64,000 nucleotides of DNA from contig CBDCCS010000022.1 in assembly GCA_965214935.1 (NCBI GenBank), positions 256,001 through 320,000 on the forward strand, read 5' to 3'. Positions 1-10,419 of the stretch are shown here, one piece after another. This DNA is from Candidatus Velthaea sp. GTDB lineage: Bacteria > Vulcanimicrobiota > Vulcanimicrobiia > Vulcanimicrobiales > Vulcanimicrobiaceae. A program made the translations under genes and the position numbers. Under the pieces are notes generated by a model. That model ran no database searches, had not been told where the DNA came from, and saw only the letters and a list, made by a program, of their open reading frames with translations. Position 1 is the stretch's first letter. Every line of letters begins with the position of its first letter.

Positions 1-1238
1 TGATACGTTGGACCGTAGGTTCCGGCGTTATCGAAGACAACTGCACCAAACGTCGCTAAATTCGCTGCAAGAACGCCTTGCACGGGCGTCAAACGGCGGC
101 TTGCGACGTCGGCCCGGATTTCGGCAGCGGAGCGTTGCAGCCAGATATGGTCGCCGTACGACCAGCCGGTTGCGTGCAAATTCTCGTGCCGCCGGTCGGC
201 ACCCGCGTCATGACAAGAATAATCGGTACCGACAATGACCGCCGGCCACACATCGGGCTGCGGTTCTTCCGAACAAACCAGCGCCAAACCCGTTTCATGT
301 TTAATGACGCCTTGCAAGATATCGTGCGGCGTTACGACGAGCGCCGTATACGGAGTATTTGAATGGTCGGCGCTGCCGCCCCACTTGCCCGGCGGCGCGT
401 TGGCCGGACTAAAGCCGTCATTGGACGGCGTTTGCCCGCCGTACCAGCCGGTGCTCCCGGTCGAGAATGCGGCAATTCCAAAACCGAACATGGTGCCCGG
501 ACCGCGAAAGGTGGTGCACTGCGCCGACGCTTCGGGTTCGCAGCCGTCGGACGTACTTGCGTTTTCGATGTCGATCTCATACTGAAGCCCCCGCGACGCA
601 TCGAGGATCGGCCACTTGAAGCCGTCGGAGCTCTTCGGCGTCCAGCCGACCGGCTCGAGTAAATAGAGATGGCAATCGCAATTATGGGCGCCCGAATTTT
701 GGGTGCGTGCATCCGGCGGTACGTGCACGTTAACGATATCATGACTGTAACCGCAGTAGCCCGGCGTCGTGCAGCGCAGGTTATAGGTCGGGTCGGCATT
801 CGTTGCGGCATAGAAACCGGAGCCGGGCCCCGACGTTACGACATAATTCGACTGCGAGCCCCAAGCAAGTTCACCGTGGCTGACGTCGCTCCACTCCGGC
901 CGCCATCCGGAATAGAACGCCACCGCGCCCGCGTCGTAGGCCTTGATGTGCCCGGCTGCTTTCGCTGCATCGATCGGAGTCGTGAGCGCAAGCGCATTCG
1001 GCCAGCGCGGGAACGGGCTCGGATAGCCGGCGGCATTCGGTGCCGGTGTCGGAGCGGGAAGCAGCCGCGCCGGCTCGTGCAGAGCCGGTTCGAATGCATT
1101 GCGTAGCAGCAACTTGGTGTGATCGATGAGCCGTGGCCGAAGGTGAGCCGGCATCGATAAGGCGATCCCGGCAACGCCGACGAGCGAAGCCCCGGCGACG
1201 GTAAGCTTGCGCACAAGCCCGGCCGGCTTCTGCTTCAC
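1..1238 (-). CDS. Secreted/membrane-anchored Cys-rich hypothetical protein (partial, runs off the left edge)
   Basis: Not in the ORF track. Manual translation from GTG 1238 (alternative TTG 1262) is open to base 3: MKQKPAGLVRKLTVAGASLVGVAGIALS...YNLRCTTPGYCG...NCDCHLYL...HDILQGVIKHETGLALVC...FGAVVFDNAGTYG. Hydrophobic N-terminus and Pro-rich linker. Confidence 0.8.
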   Translation of the reverse strand, partial: MKQKPAGLVRKLTVAGASLVGVAGIALSMPAHLRPRLIDHTKLLLRNAFEPALHEPARLLPAPTPAPNAAGYPSPFPRWPNALALTTPIDAAKAAGHIKAYDAGAVAFYSGWRPEWSDVSHGELAWGSQSNYVVTSGPGSGFYAATNADPTYNLRCTTPGYCGYSHDIVNVHVPPDARTQNSGAHNCDCHLYLLEPVGWTPKSSDGFKWPILDASRGLQYEIDIENASTSDGCEPEASAQCTTFRGPGTMFGFGIAAFSTGSTGWYGGQTPSNDGFSPANAPPGKWGGSADHSNTPYTALVVTPHDILQGVIKHETGLALVCSEEPQPDVWPAVIVGTDYSCHDAGADRRHENLHATGWSYGDHIWLQRSAAEIRADVASRRLTPVQGVLAANLATFGAVVFDNAGTYGPTY

Positions 1239-1294
1239 CCGCGAGCGATAACCGCGCTGCAATCGGCGATTACTTACAGCAAGATCGGCACGAG

Positions 1295-2782
1295 TTATGG
1301 TGCTTTGCCGACCGAGTTCCGGACACCAAAATTACGCACGCGCGGAACGGATAAGAGCGCGCGACGAACCCGCGTCTGTTGCGCCTGAGTCGATACGGGA
1401 CGGCGCTGCCGTATATTCTTCGGTCGCTCGACGTTATGCAGCATCATCGGAATCATGAATGCCAACCAATAGTATTTAATGAGCAGCGGATCGATAAACA
1501 GAGCATTGACGAACAAACCGAACATGGCTGCTTCGGACGCGAGTCGCAGCGGATAATTACTGCTGGTCGGCTCGATCACGGCAGCTTGGCGAAAGCTTCG
1601 CCACCAGGCGAAAACCAGCACGGCAACACCGAATAAACCTAATTCGACGGAGGTCCCGACGAGAACGTTATGAGCCGGTCGCGACCAGCCCTCGAAGATC
1701 GGCTGAAAAACGGAGTTAAGTGCTTTGTCGTAGGCGACCGGAAAAGTACCCACACCGGCACCGGTGAGCCAGTGGTAATGATCGCCTAAAGCTTTGGCAC
1801 CGACGCTCCAGATGAATGTCCGGCCGCTGCCGTTGGTGAGCGTTTGATTTTGATTGAGCCGATTCAAAACCGCCGGAAACAGCACGAACGATAAACCCGT
1901 ACCGGCGGCTATCGCAAGCAGCGCAAGCCGATTCCGGCTTTTCACAACGTAATACACGAACACCACGCCGACCGAAATGAACGCGCCACGCGAGCCGGAA
2001 AGAAAGATCGCTGCGACCATTGCAAAAATCGAACTGCCGGCGAGCACCCGCATGAAAATTGCGCGATGTGCGAGCGCCACGCTCAAGCAAATGGAGATCG
2101 GCAGCAAAAAGCTCGTCGCAAAGAAGTTCGCATCGACGACCAGCCCCGTATCCGACGTTAGACTAACCCGTCCGTCACCGACCAGTTGACCGTGCGCGTA
2201 CATATTTAAACCAAAGGCAGCCGCGCACAAAGAGCCGGCGACGATGGCAAATAAAACGCCGCGCATCTCTTTGACGCTCACCGGATAAATAGCCACGACC
2301 GTCATCATCACGAATAACGGCAAGATGGCACCGAGCGCGGCCTGTGTCTTGACCGGTCCGATCGTCCAAAGCGCCGTAACGGTCATCCAGCCGACGAGCA
2401 CGAGCCAGGGCAGCCAAGAATCGGGCGCCGATAGCATCCGGCGCGTGACGATGATGCGCAAAGCAATCATCCCGGCCGCCATAAACGCTAACAATCGCGT
2501 CAACAAGCCGGCCGGACCGGCAGCCAGGATGAAATCAAACGGCACGAGAGCGGCCCATAAACCGAACGGGAAGATCAGCGGCCAGCGAAAAGCGACGACC
2601 GCCGCGACCGGAACCAGCGCGAGAACGACCGGGACGGCGAATGTCGCCACCCCCGCAGTCGCGCCCGCAGACCCGATGAAGACCAAGCCGATGCTCACGG
2701 TTATCAGTGCGATAGCCGAGAGGATGAACAGCGGGCCGGCTTTGATACCACTGCGCCGCGCAAATGTTAAGGGACCGGTCAC
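1295..2782 (-). CDS. O-antigen ligase / Wzy polymerase family membrane protein
   Basis: Many TM helices; SGSRGA, GSGRTFIW, GAGVGTF and AHN motifs of the Wzy_C/O-antigen ligase family; EPS context. Confidence 0.85.
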   Translation of the reverse strand: MTGPLTFARRSGIKAGPLFILSAIALITVSIGLVFIGSAGATAGVATFAVPVVLALVPVAAVVAFRWPLIFPFGLWAALVPFDFILAAGPAGLLTRLLAFMAAGMIALRIIVTRRMLSAPDSWLPWLVLVGWMTVTALWTIGPVKTQAALGAILPLFVMMTVVAIYPVSVKEMRGVLFAIVAGSLCAAAFGLNMYAHGQLVGDGRVSLTSDTGLVVDANFFATSFLLPISICLSVALAHRAIFMRVLAGSSIFAMVAAIFLSGSRGAFISVGVVFVYYVVKSRNRLALLAIAAGTGLSFVLFPAVLNRLNQNQTLTNGSGRTFIWSVGAKALGDHYHWLTGAGVGTFPVAYDKALNSVFQPIFEGWSRPAHNVLVGTSVELGLFGVAVLVFAWWRSFRQAAVIEPTSSNYPLRLASEAAMFGLFVNALFIDPLLIKYYWLAFMIPMMLHNVERPKNIRQRRPVSTQAQQTRVRRALLSVPRVRNFGVRNSVGKAP

Positions 2783-2889
2783 GTCGTCATCATCTCAATT
2801 CGGTCATCGGCGAAAGCGGGCACAAAGTCTCGTCTGCGCGCTCCTTACCGGCCAGGGTGCGGCGTCGCAAGTGAGGCAAAGAAGCAAAA

Positions 2890-4032
2890 GTGAATGAACG
2901 GCGGCCACATATCCGGGAGCTCGACGGCATTCGCGCGCTTGCCGTTTGTCTCGTACTGATAACCCATCTCTTCGGATCGGCAGCTTTCGTGCCGGCCGGC
3001 ATGATCGCCGGACTGCCTGCGCCGGTTCGCCTTATCGTGACCCACGGTTGGCTGGGCGTCGATCTCTTCTTCGTGTTATCCGGCTTTCTTATCACCGGCA
3101 TCCTTCTTGGAGCAAAGGCCGAGCGGGATTACTTTCGCGGCTTCTATATTCGCCGCGTTCTGCGCATCTTGCCCTTATACGTCGTCGTGCTCAGCGTCTT
3201 GATTGCCGCCTACGGTTTCCAGAGATATGCAACGTACTGGACGTTTGCGATCGCGTTGTCGGCCAACCTCAGCAGTCTATTGCACGCCAAGGTGCCCGCC
3301 GGTGCCGGCCCGATGTGGTCCCTCGCCGTCGAAGAACAGTTCTATCTATTGTGGCCGCTGATCGTCTTGTGGCTGTCGCGGCGGCGGCTGGCGATCCTTG
3401 CAGCGGCGATCGTGATCGTCGAACCATTCGTGCGCTATCATCTCGGGACGCACGATATGTTCTATCCGTGGTGCCGGTTCGACGGGTTGGCGCTCGGCGC
3501 TTTACTCGCGACGCTCTTCTCAAGCCGAAGCTTTACGGCCGGCCGGAAGTGGCAGCTCTCGGCCGGCTTGGCCGTCGCCGCCGCGGCGTTGATCGCAGGG
3601 ACGGCACCCTTCGGCGGCTTTGCCGAGGGCCGGCTCTCAACGGCCGTCCGCATCTCCGAAGGCACGCTGTTCTTCGGTGCCCTCATCGCCTTGCTCGTCG
3701 CGTTTGCCGGAACGCCGGCAACGGCCATTTTTCGCACGCGAGCAGCCCGGATCGTGGCCGACCTCAGTTTTTGCCTCTATCTCATCCACGTGCCGCTCGT
3801 CGAGGCGTTCGAATCGGCGACACGCACGTACGTCCCGGCGATCCAAGCGCTGCCGCCGAATGTTCTCGTACCCTTGCGGGCAATTGTCGTGTTTACCGCT
3901 GCCGGTGTCATCGCGGCGCTGTCCCGACGCTACCTCGAGTTACCATTTTTGCGGCTCAAAGCGGTTTTGCTACCGGGCAACGTCCGCACCGACGCGCGCG
4001 AAGCCGCGTTCATCGAACGTCCGGCGCAGTGA
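2890..4032 (+). CDS. Acyltransferase family 3 (OafA-like O-acyltransferase)
   Basis: LDGIRALA, GVDLFFVLSGFLIT, RRVLRILP and WSLAVEEQFYLLWP motifs. Confidence 0.92.
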   Translation: MNERRPHIRELDGIRALAVCLVLITHLFGSAAFVPAGMIAGLPAPVRLIVTHGWLGVDLFFVLSGFLITGILLGAKAERDYFRGFYIRRVLRILPLYVVVLSVLIAAYGFQRYATYWTFAIALSANLSSLLHAKVPAGAGPMWSLAVEEQFYLLWPLIVLWLSRRRLAILAAAIVIVEPFVRYHLGTHDMFYPWCRFDGLALGALLATLFSSRSFTAGRKWQLSAGLAVAAAALIAGTAPFGGFAEGRLSTAVRISEGTLFFGALIALLVAFAGTPATAIFRTRAARIVADLSFCLYLIHVPLVEAFESATRTYVPAIQALPPNVLVPLRAIVVFTAAGVIAALSRRYLELPFLRLKAVLLPGNVRTDAREAAFIERPAQ

Positions 4033-4288
4033 GCTCGCTGCATGCGTGGCACGTCGCCGCCGCGAATATCGTTATCGAGGGCAGACCGTACTGCTCGGCG
4101 TTCCGGCTTAATCGTCCGACCCGACTTGCCGAACCTCATCTTGTAACCTAAGAAGGCCAAGCCGATCCGGCGCGGGTGGGACACAAGTCCCCGTCGCCGG
4201 GGCGAGTCGGGTCGTGAAGCGCGGAACTCGTTACGGTAAATCGTACATGTCATCATTCGTCATTTTATCTAAGAAAATAGGAAACGCC

Positions 4289-5221
4289 GTGCATCGAACG
4301 CTTCCACATCTTGCCGCTTTGACGGTCCTGGCGACAGCCGGCGTTGCGCCCGCGCCGGCGTTGAGTTCGACGCCGCCCGCCGTTGTGGCATCGGTACCCG
4401 ATAAGGGTTATCTTATTCATGGCGGCGACGAGTTGAACGTCGTTGTGTACGGCGAAAAAGATTTGACCCAAGTCGTCACGGTGCTGCCGAGCGGCACGAT
4501 CAGCTATCCGCTGATCGGCGAAATCCACGTCGGCGGCTTAACGCCGACCCAAGCGGCAAACGCCGTTTCGACGAGCCTCAAACATTTTGTACGCCAGCCG
4601 CAAGTTTCCGTCGTGGTACAAAAAGAAGGGCCGCTCGAAGTCCTCGTTCTCGGCAACGTTCTCAAGCCCGGTAAATACGAGCTGCCGTCGCGCAGCCGCC
4701 TGACCGATGCGATCGCCAGCGCCGGCGGACTTGGAATTACCGACGGCGATTTGCCCGGTGCCCGGCTTGCCGACGCCCGCGGCGACATCAAGCAAGTCTC
4801 GCTGCAGAAGCTGCTGCATGACGGCGACACGACCGAGAACGTACCGCTCGGCGACGAAATGACCGTCTACGTTTCGAGCCCGCTGACGCTCGACGTCCAA
4901 GTGCTCGGTGCGGTCGACAAGCCGGGTGACGTCGTCGTGCATGAAGGCGACCGCCTCTCGATGGCGATCGCGCGCGCCGGCAACGGCGCGAATGCGAACG
5001 CCGATCTCAACCATATTACCGTGCGCCGCATAGCCTCGGGCGGTGTCGCTCAAACAATGAACATCAACCTGTACGATGTGCTCAAAAGCGGCGACGTCAG
5101 CCGCGATCCGGTCTTGCAAAAGAACGACCTCGTGTACGTTCCGCAAACCGCCGGCCGGACCGATCGTGTCTCGGGCCCGGCATCGATCCTGTATTCGCTA
5201 AGCCGTCTCTTCATCCCATAA
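4289..5221 (+). CDS. Polysaccharide export protein (Wza-like, Poly_export + SLBB domains)
   Basis: YLIHGGDELNVVVYGE...GTISYPLIG...GLT; two SLBB repeats (VLGNVLKPG, VLGAVDKPG). GTG 4289 preferred (signal peptide, AGGA upstream); the ORF is open from 4214. Confidence 0.88.
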   Translation: MHRTLPHLAALTVLATAGVAPAPALSSTPPAVVASVPDKGYLIHGGDELNVVVYGEKDLTQVVTVLPSGTISYPLIGEIHVGGLTPTQAANAVSTSLKHFVRQPQVSVVVQKEGPLEVLVLGNVLKPGKYELPSRSRLTDAIASAGGLGITDGDLPGARLADARGDIKQVSLQKLLHDGDTTENVPLGDEMTVYVSSPLTLDVQVLGAVDKPGDVVVHEGDRLSMAIARAGNGANANADLNHITVRRIASGGVAQTMNINLYDVLKSGDVSRDPVLQKNDLVYVPQTAGRTDRVSGPASILYSLSRLFIP

Positions 5222-5249
5222 ACCGCTGCAGCACTCATAGGGACCTTAC

Positions 5250-7454
5250 ATGAAGCGCGCTCTTACTCCGTATACGCCGACAGGCTCTTCGTTGACCGAA
5301 GAACGTCCGCAACCGATCTTCGCAACGACACCGCCCGGCGGCGGGGCGTCGGAGGTAGACGTCGCCCGTTGGCTCCGCGTCTTGCAACGGCGGCGCGCGG
5401 TCATCGCCATCGTGTTTTCCGCTGTGGTCCTGCTAATGGCGCTGGGGACGTTCCTCAAGCACAAAGCGTATACGACCGAAGTGCGGCTGATCGCCGGAAA
5501 CGGGTCGGGCGTGCAAGCCGCCGGCAGTGCCGATCAGAATCTGCCGGTTCTTAATGCACTCTTGAATGCCGGCGGCACGCAGTCACCGGAAACCTATACC
5601 GAACTGCTGCACGAATCGCCGGTCGCGCGGGACGTCGTGAACCGCCTGGGCTTGAACATCTCACCGGGCGAGTTGGCCGGACATGTCGTGATCAAACCGG
5701 TCACCGGCACGAGTATCATCGGCGTCGCGGCGACCTGGTCGGATCCTCAAACGTCGGCTCGGATCGCGAACGCTTACGCCAGTTCGTTCGTCGACCGCGA
5801 ACGCAACCTTATCGCGCATCAAGCCGATAGTGCGATCGGATTTCTGCAGACGCAGCTGCCGATCGCCGAGCAGCGCTTGCGTGTTGCTCAAGGTGCTCTC
5901 GCCGCGTATCAGACCCGCAATGGTATCGCCGACCTCCCGATGCAGACGCAATCGCAACTGACTCAGGTTGCCGCGCTCGACGCCAAGCAATCACAAGCCG
6001 AACTCGACGGCCATCAGGCCCAAGCACAACTCGGCAGCGTTACATCGCAATTGGCCAGCGTCGCACCGACCATCGAAGGCACGCGCAGCACGAATGCAAA
6101 TCCGGTCGCGTCGTCGATCGATCAACAGATCGCCACCGTTCGCACCCAACTCGACGCTGCGCGCAAGCAGTATACGGATGAATACCCCGCCGTAATCGCG
6201 CTCAGAGGCCAGCTTGCCAGCCTCGAAAAAGAAGCCCGCAGCCAAGCCGCTACCGTGACCGCCGGCTCGACCCGCATACCGAACCCGGTCTACCAGCAAC
6301 TCGAACAACAAGCTGCCACCCTGCGCGCGCAAATTTCGTCCGATGCATCGCAAAGTTCGACCGCTCGTGCACAGCGTACCGCGATGGACCCAATCGTTCG
6401 CGGTTTACCCGAACGCACGCAGCAAGTCGCGGCATTGACCCGCGAATCAAAGGCCGCCGAAGACGTCTATAATACGCTCGAGAAAAAATACGACGATGCG
6501 ATGCTGTCGCGGACGACGGCACTCTCCGACGTCACGATAACGCAATCGGCCGATCCCGAGAGTGCGACGGTGTCGCCGAACTACGTTCTCAACATGGCGA
6601 TCGCCGTGATCGCCGGCGCGTTGCTGGCTATCGGCTCCGCGTTCGTTCTCGAGTTTTTCGACGACCGTTTCCGCACCGAAGACGACATCAAAGAGCGATT
6701 GGGCATGCCCGTCCTCGCCTCGATCCCGTCGCTCACAAACGCCCTGCGGCCGGGATCGCGAACCGGCACGTGGATCGATGCACTTGCGTACGAATCGTAT
6801 TTCGAGCTGGTGACGGCGCTGCGCTATTCGTCGACGGAAGCACCGCGATCGGTCGCCATCACATCGCCGCGCCAAGGCGACGGTAAGTCGACGATTGCAC
6901 TCAATGTTGCAATTAGCATGGCCCAGCTCAATGCACGCGTGCTCATCATCGACGCCGATTTGCGCCGCCCGACTTTGCACACGAAGCTCGGCTTTGCCAA
7001 CGGCAAGGGACTGTCCGATGTACTCGTCGGCGTCTGTTCGCTCGATGCCGCCGTTCGTGAGAGCGGCCATCCCGGTGTCTTGTCGCTGACGAGCGGAACG
7101 CGTGCACCGAATCCGGTCGCGCTGCTGCAAGGCGACGCGTTTGACCGGTTGCTGATGGCCGCCCGCGAAAAATTCGACTTCGTCATCATCGACGCGCCGG
7201 CCTTAGGTCCGATCATCGACGGCGTTATCTTAGCCATGAAAGCCGATGGCGCCGTTCTCGTCGTATCGGCGACCAATACCGACACCCGTGCGGCAAATAA
7301 TGCGCTCGATAAATTAGCTGCCGTCGGTGCGGTCAATCTCATCGGCGTCGTACTCAATCATACGAAGCCCGAAGCGCATCAGTACTCGGAATACTATCTT
7401 GCAAGCGGTGCGGGTGCAAGCGTTTCGGAAAGCGGACCGGCACTGAGTTCGTGA
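5250..7454 (+). CDS. Wzc/GumC polysaccharide co-polymerase with BY-kinase domain
   Basis: Two TMs around a coiled-coil region; Walker A SPRQGDGKST, IIDADLRRP, IIDAP; C-terminal Tyr cluster QYSEYY. Confidence 0.92.
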   Translation: MKRALTPYTPTGSSLTEERPQPIFATTPPGGGASEVDVARWLRVLQRRRAVIAIVFSAVVLLMALGTFLKHKAYTTEVRLIAGNGSGVQAAGSADQNLPVLNALLNAGGTQSPETYTELLHESPVARDVVNRLGLNISPGELAGHVVIKPVTGTSIIGVAATWSDPQTSARIANAYASSFVDRERNLIAHQADSAIGFLQTQLPIAEQRLRVAQGALAAYQTRNGIADLPMQTQSQLTQVAALDAKQSQAELDGHQAQAQLGSVTSQLASVAPTIEGTRSTNANPVASSIDQQIATVRTQLDAARKQYTDEYPAVIALRGQLASLEKEARSQAATVTAGSTRIPNPVYQQLEQQAATLRAQISSDASQSSTARAQRTAMDPIVRGLPERTQQVAALTRESKAAEDVYNTLEKKYDDAMLSRTTALSDVTITQSADPESATVSPNYVLNMAIAVIAGALLAIGSAFVLEFFDDRFRTEDDIKERLGMPVLASIPSLTNALRPGSRTGTWIDALAYESYFELVTALRYSSTEAPRSVAITSPRQGDGKSTIALNVAISMAQLNARVLIIDADLRRPTLHTKLGFANGKGLSDVLVGVCSLDAAVRESGHPGVLSLTSGTRAPNPVALLQGDAFDRLLMAAREKFDFVIIDAPALGPIIDGVILAMKADGAVLVVSATNTDTRAANNALDKLAAVGAVNLIGVVLNHTKPEAHQYSEYYLASGAGASVSESGPALSS

Positions 7455-7469
7455 CGGACGGCGCTCGCG

Positions 7470-8039
7470 CTATTGACGTGCGGGCGTATCGTCCCAACCC
7501 AGCACTCTTGCAACAAGGGCCGCACGATTTGCGGCCTTTGTCTTTATCAACATCGATTTCACGTGAGCGGTCACCGTCGAGTCGGCGATACTTAATTTTT
7601 GAGCGATGCGTGAGGTTCCCGCGCCGCTGAGTACGTGACGCAACGTTTCAAGCTCACGTGGGGAAAGGCCGTAAGCGCGCTCGGCATGTTTGAGACTCGC
7701 CCGAATTTGGTAGCGCTGCGCGCTTAATGCAAGTAAGGCTCCGTCTCGACCATACACCGTCGTAATGCTGAGCGCGATGCTGGGCCAAGGTGTAATGCGT
7801 ACGCTTTTATCCGGCGACGTCATGAATTGCAGCGATTCCACGGTCGCTGCAACGATCGCTTGCAGCTGCTCCGGAATCGTGCCGCCGATCGCGACCGCGA
7901 GACCGAGAAAGTCCCAAATGTCGGTGGCCGAAGCGATGATAACCCGCCATTGCGCATCGAGAACGAGAAAATTTTGGGCCGCTACAGCAACCGGTAGACC
8001 CGGCGCAGGAGCAAGGCGCGGTGCGCCGCCGTTAATCAT
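7470..8039 (-). CDS. LuxR-family HTH transcriptional regulator with unrecognised N-terminal sensor region
   Basis: C-terminal LSPRELETL...IAQKLSIADSTVTAHVKSMLIKTKAANR. Confidence 0.85.
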   Translation of the reverse strand: MINGGAPRLAPAPGLPVAVAAQNFLVLDAQWRVIIASATDIWDFLGLAVAIGGTIPEQLQAIVAATVESLQFMTSPDKSVRITPWPSIALSITTVYGRDGALLALSAQRYQIRASLKHAERAYGLSPRELETLRHVLSGAGTSRIAQKLSIADSTVTAHVKSMLIKTKAANRAALVARVLGWDDTPARQ

Positions 8040-8175
8040 CCGGGAAACACCTCATGGCAGCGCGAGAAAGTTTCATGCATGGCCGACGCTAACGACAAAT
8101 GCTTCTTACGCAAATACTTAATTTTGAGAAGTTGCCGGTTCTCATGCGTAGTTCATAATCGTAACACGTTCGCGA

Positions 8176-8877
8176 ATGAATCCCGGGCGCGCAACGTCGT
8201 GTGAAGGTCGAGGGGCAGCCCAAAAAGTGATCGGTCAAAGTATTGCTCCGCTTCGCACGTTTGTCATTGAACGTCAAGCGCTTATTGCCAAGGCGTTGCA
8301 TTCATTTTTGGATCGGAATTCGCTCATCCATATGGTGGGCGACGGACCGTCGATCCGCGTCGAAGACATGCAGCGAACGCGGCCGGACTTAGTTCTGTTC
8401 GGCCTCGATAACGCCGTACACGACGTCGCTGAGGCGCTGGCAATGGCTCGAAGCGTATTGCCCAACGTCCGCTTTTGCGTGTTGTCGAGCTTTGCCAACC
8501 CGGATGTTATGGAGCGTAGTCTTGCCTCCGGTGCCGACGGCTTCATAGTTAAGGACGTTTCACCCAGCGAATTGGATTTAGCGTTTACCGTTCTCGCCTC
8601 GGGTTCTTCATATGTCGACCCGCGCGTCCTCGCCGGAACGATCAAGCGCCGCGGTTGGCACGGGACTCTCGCCGAACCGTCGATCATCGATCTTACGCCC
8701 CGCGAAGCAGATATTTTACGCCTGATCGCCGCCGGCTTGTCGAACAAAGAGATTAGCGCGAATCTGGGTCTGTCGGAAAAGACGATCAAAAACTACGTCA
8801 GCCGCATCTTTTGCAAACTCAACGTGTCGGCACGCACTCAAGCCGCCGTCTATGCAATCAAGGCGGGCTTCGCCTAA
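8176..8877 (+). CDS. NarL/LuxR-family response regulator with atypical receiver
   Basis: REC-like RPDLVLFGLD...GADGFIVKD; HTH LTPREADIL...GLSNKEIS...EKTIKNYVSRIFCKL. Confidence 0.88.
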   Translation: MNPGRATSCEGRGAAQKVIGQSIAPLRTFVIERQALIAKALHSFLDRNSLIHMVGDGPSIRVEDMQRTRPDLVLFGLDNAVHDVAEALAMARSVLPNVRFCVLSSFANPDVMERSLASGADGFIVKDVSPSELDLAFTVLASGSSYVDPRVLAGTIKRRGWHGTLAEPSIIDLTPREADILRLIAAGLSNKEISANLGLSEKTIKNYVSRIFCKLNVSARTQAAVYAIKAGFA

Positions 8878-8946
8878 ACTCCGCCGGCGCGGGACAAATT
8901 TTCAGGCGCAGGGACTCGTGGTGCGCGGGCGACAAAACTCGCATAC

Positions 8947-10419
8947 GTGACTCTGCTTGCTACGAAACGCACGAAAATCGTTGCGACGATTGGACCAGCT
9001 TCTCGCGATCCGCTCGTATTGCGCGAATTGTTCCGGAGCGGCGTAAATGTCGTTCGGCTAAATTTCTCGCATGGCTCGCATGCGGACCACGCGGCGGTCA
9101 TCGAAGATGTCCGGCGCGTCTCGAGCGAACTTGGGATTCACGTGGCAATCCTGCAGGATTTGCCTGGTCCGAAAGTTCGCACCGGCCTCATGGACGGTGG
9201 CAGCGGCTCGATCATCCTGCTCGAGGGGCAGCACTTCACGCTTACGACGTCTGCGGTCGAAGGTACGCAAGACCGCGTCTCGGTTTCGTACGCGCATCTG
9301 CCGCGTGATGTGACGGCCGGAAAGCAGATCTACCTGGCCGACGGCTCGATCGCCTTGCGCATTACATCGCTCAGCGAGACCGACGTGCACACGACCGTTG
9401 AAGTCGGCGGAACCCTTCGTTCGAAACAAGGCATCAATTATCCGGACGGATCGCTAGCGATCGAATCGGTGACGGACCGCGATCTCGAGCATTTGGCCTT
9501 CGGCATCGAGCATAATGTCGACTGGGTCGCGGTCTCGTTCGTTCGGACGGCGGCCGACGTGGCGCGCGTCAAGCGCTTTATCGCCGAACGCGGTAAGACC
9601 ATCCCAGTCATCGCGAAGATTGAAAAGCACGAAGCGCTCGAACACATTGCAGCGATCGTCGATATCGCCGACGGGGTGATGGTCGCTCGGGGCGATCTCG
9701 GCATCGAGATGCCGATGCAAGAAGTTCCGATGATTCAAAAGGATCTCATCGCGCGCGCGAACCGGGCCAGCAAGCCGGTCATCACCGCGACGGAAATGCT
9801 CGAATCGATGATCGTAAACGCCCGGCCGACCCGCGCCGAAGCCGCTGATGTCGCCAACGCCATCTTAGACGGGACGGACGCCGTCATGCTTTCGGGCGAA
9901 ACCGCGCGCGGTGCCCATCCGCTTGAAGCCGTACGCGCAATGGCGACGATCGCACGTGAGATCGAGGCCCGTTATCCTTTTCAGGAAGCCTTCGATCGCC
10001 GCTCGAGCGGACAGTCGGGCAAACCGTCGCTGCCCAATACCGACGATGAAATCGGCACGGCCATTGCCGAAGGCGCCGCTCGCTGCGCCCAAGTGCTGGG
10101 TCTCGATCTGGTCGTCACCGGGACGACGACCGGCAACACCGCGCGACACATTTCGTCGTTCCGGCCCAAAGCGCGCATTGTCGCCGTTACTCCGCTCGTT
10201 GAAGTCGCACGGCGGATGGCACTGGTCTGGGGCGTCGAGTCGCTCGTCGTTCACACGTACCGTTACATCGAGACGCTCATCGAGATCGCCGAACAGCGCG
10301 TGATCGCTGAAGGGCTCGCCGCTCCGGGTGAGACGGTCGCCATCACGAGCGGCATGCCGGTCGGCGCCGGCGGTACGAACGTCTTAAAAATTCACCGCCT
10401 CCCGGCGGCGGCCGTCTAG
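8947..10419 (+). CDS. pyk: Pyruvate kinase
   Basis: RTKIVATIGPAS, RLNFSHG, IAKIEK, MVARGDLG, DAVMLSGETA. Confidence 0.97.
   Translation: MTLLATKRTKIVATIGPASRDPLVLRELFRSGVNVVRLNFSHGSHADHAAVIEDVRRVSSELGIHVAILQDLPGPKVRTGLMDGGSGSIILLEGQHFTLTTSAVEGTQDRVSVSYAHLPRDVTAGKQIYLADGSIALRITSLSETDVHTTVEVGGTLRSKQGINYPDGSLAIESVTDRDLEHLAFGIEHNVDWVAVSFVRTAADVARVKRFIAERGKTIPVIAKIEKHEALEHIAAIVDIADGVMVARGDLGIEMPMQEVPMIQKDLIARANRASKPVITATEMLESMIVNARPTRAEAADVANAILDGTDAVMLSGETARGAHPLEAVRAMATIAREIEARYPFQEAFDRRSSGQSGKPSLPNTDDEIGTAIAEGAARCAQVLGLDLVVTGTTTGNTARHISSFRPKARIVAVTPLVEVARRMALVWGVESLVVHTYRYIETLIEIAEQRVIAEGLAAPGETVAITSGMPVGAGGTNVLKIHRLPAAAV

Noticed and set aside
4033..4288. ops/JUMPStart element or ncRNA before wza
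   Set aside because: Only a short CCCCG...CGGGG hairpin; no GGCGGTAG ops motif
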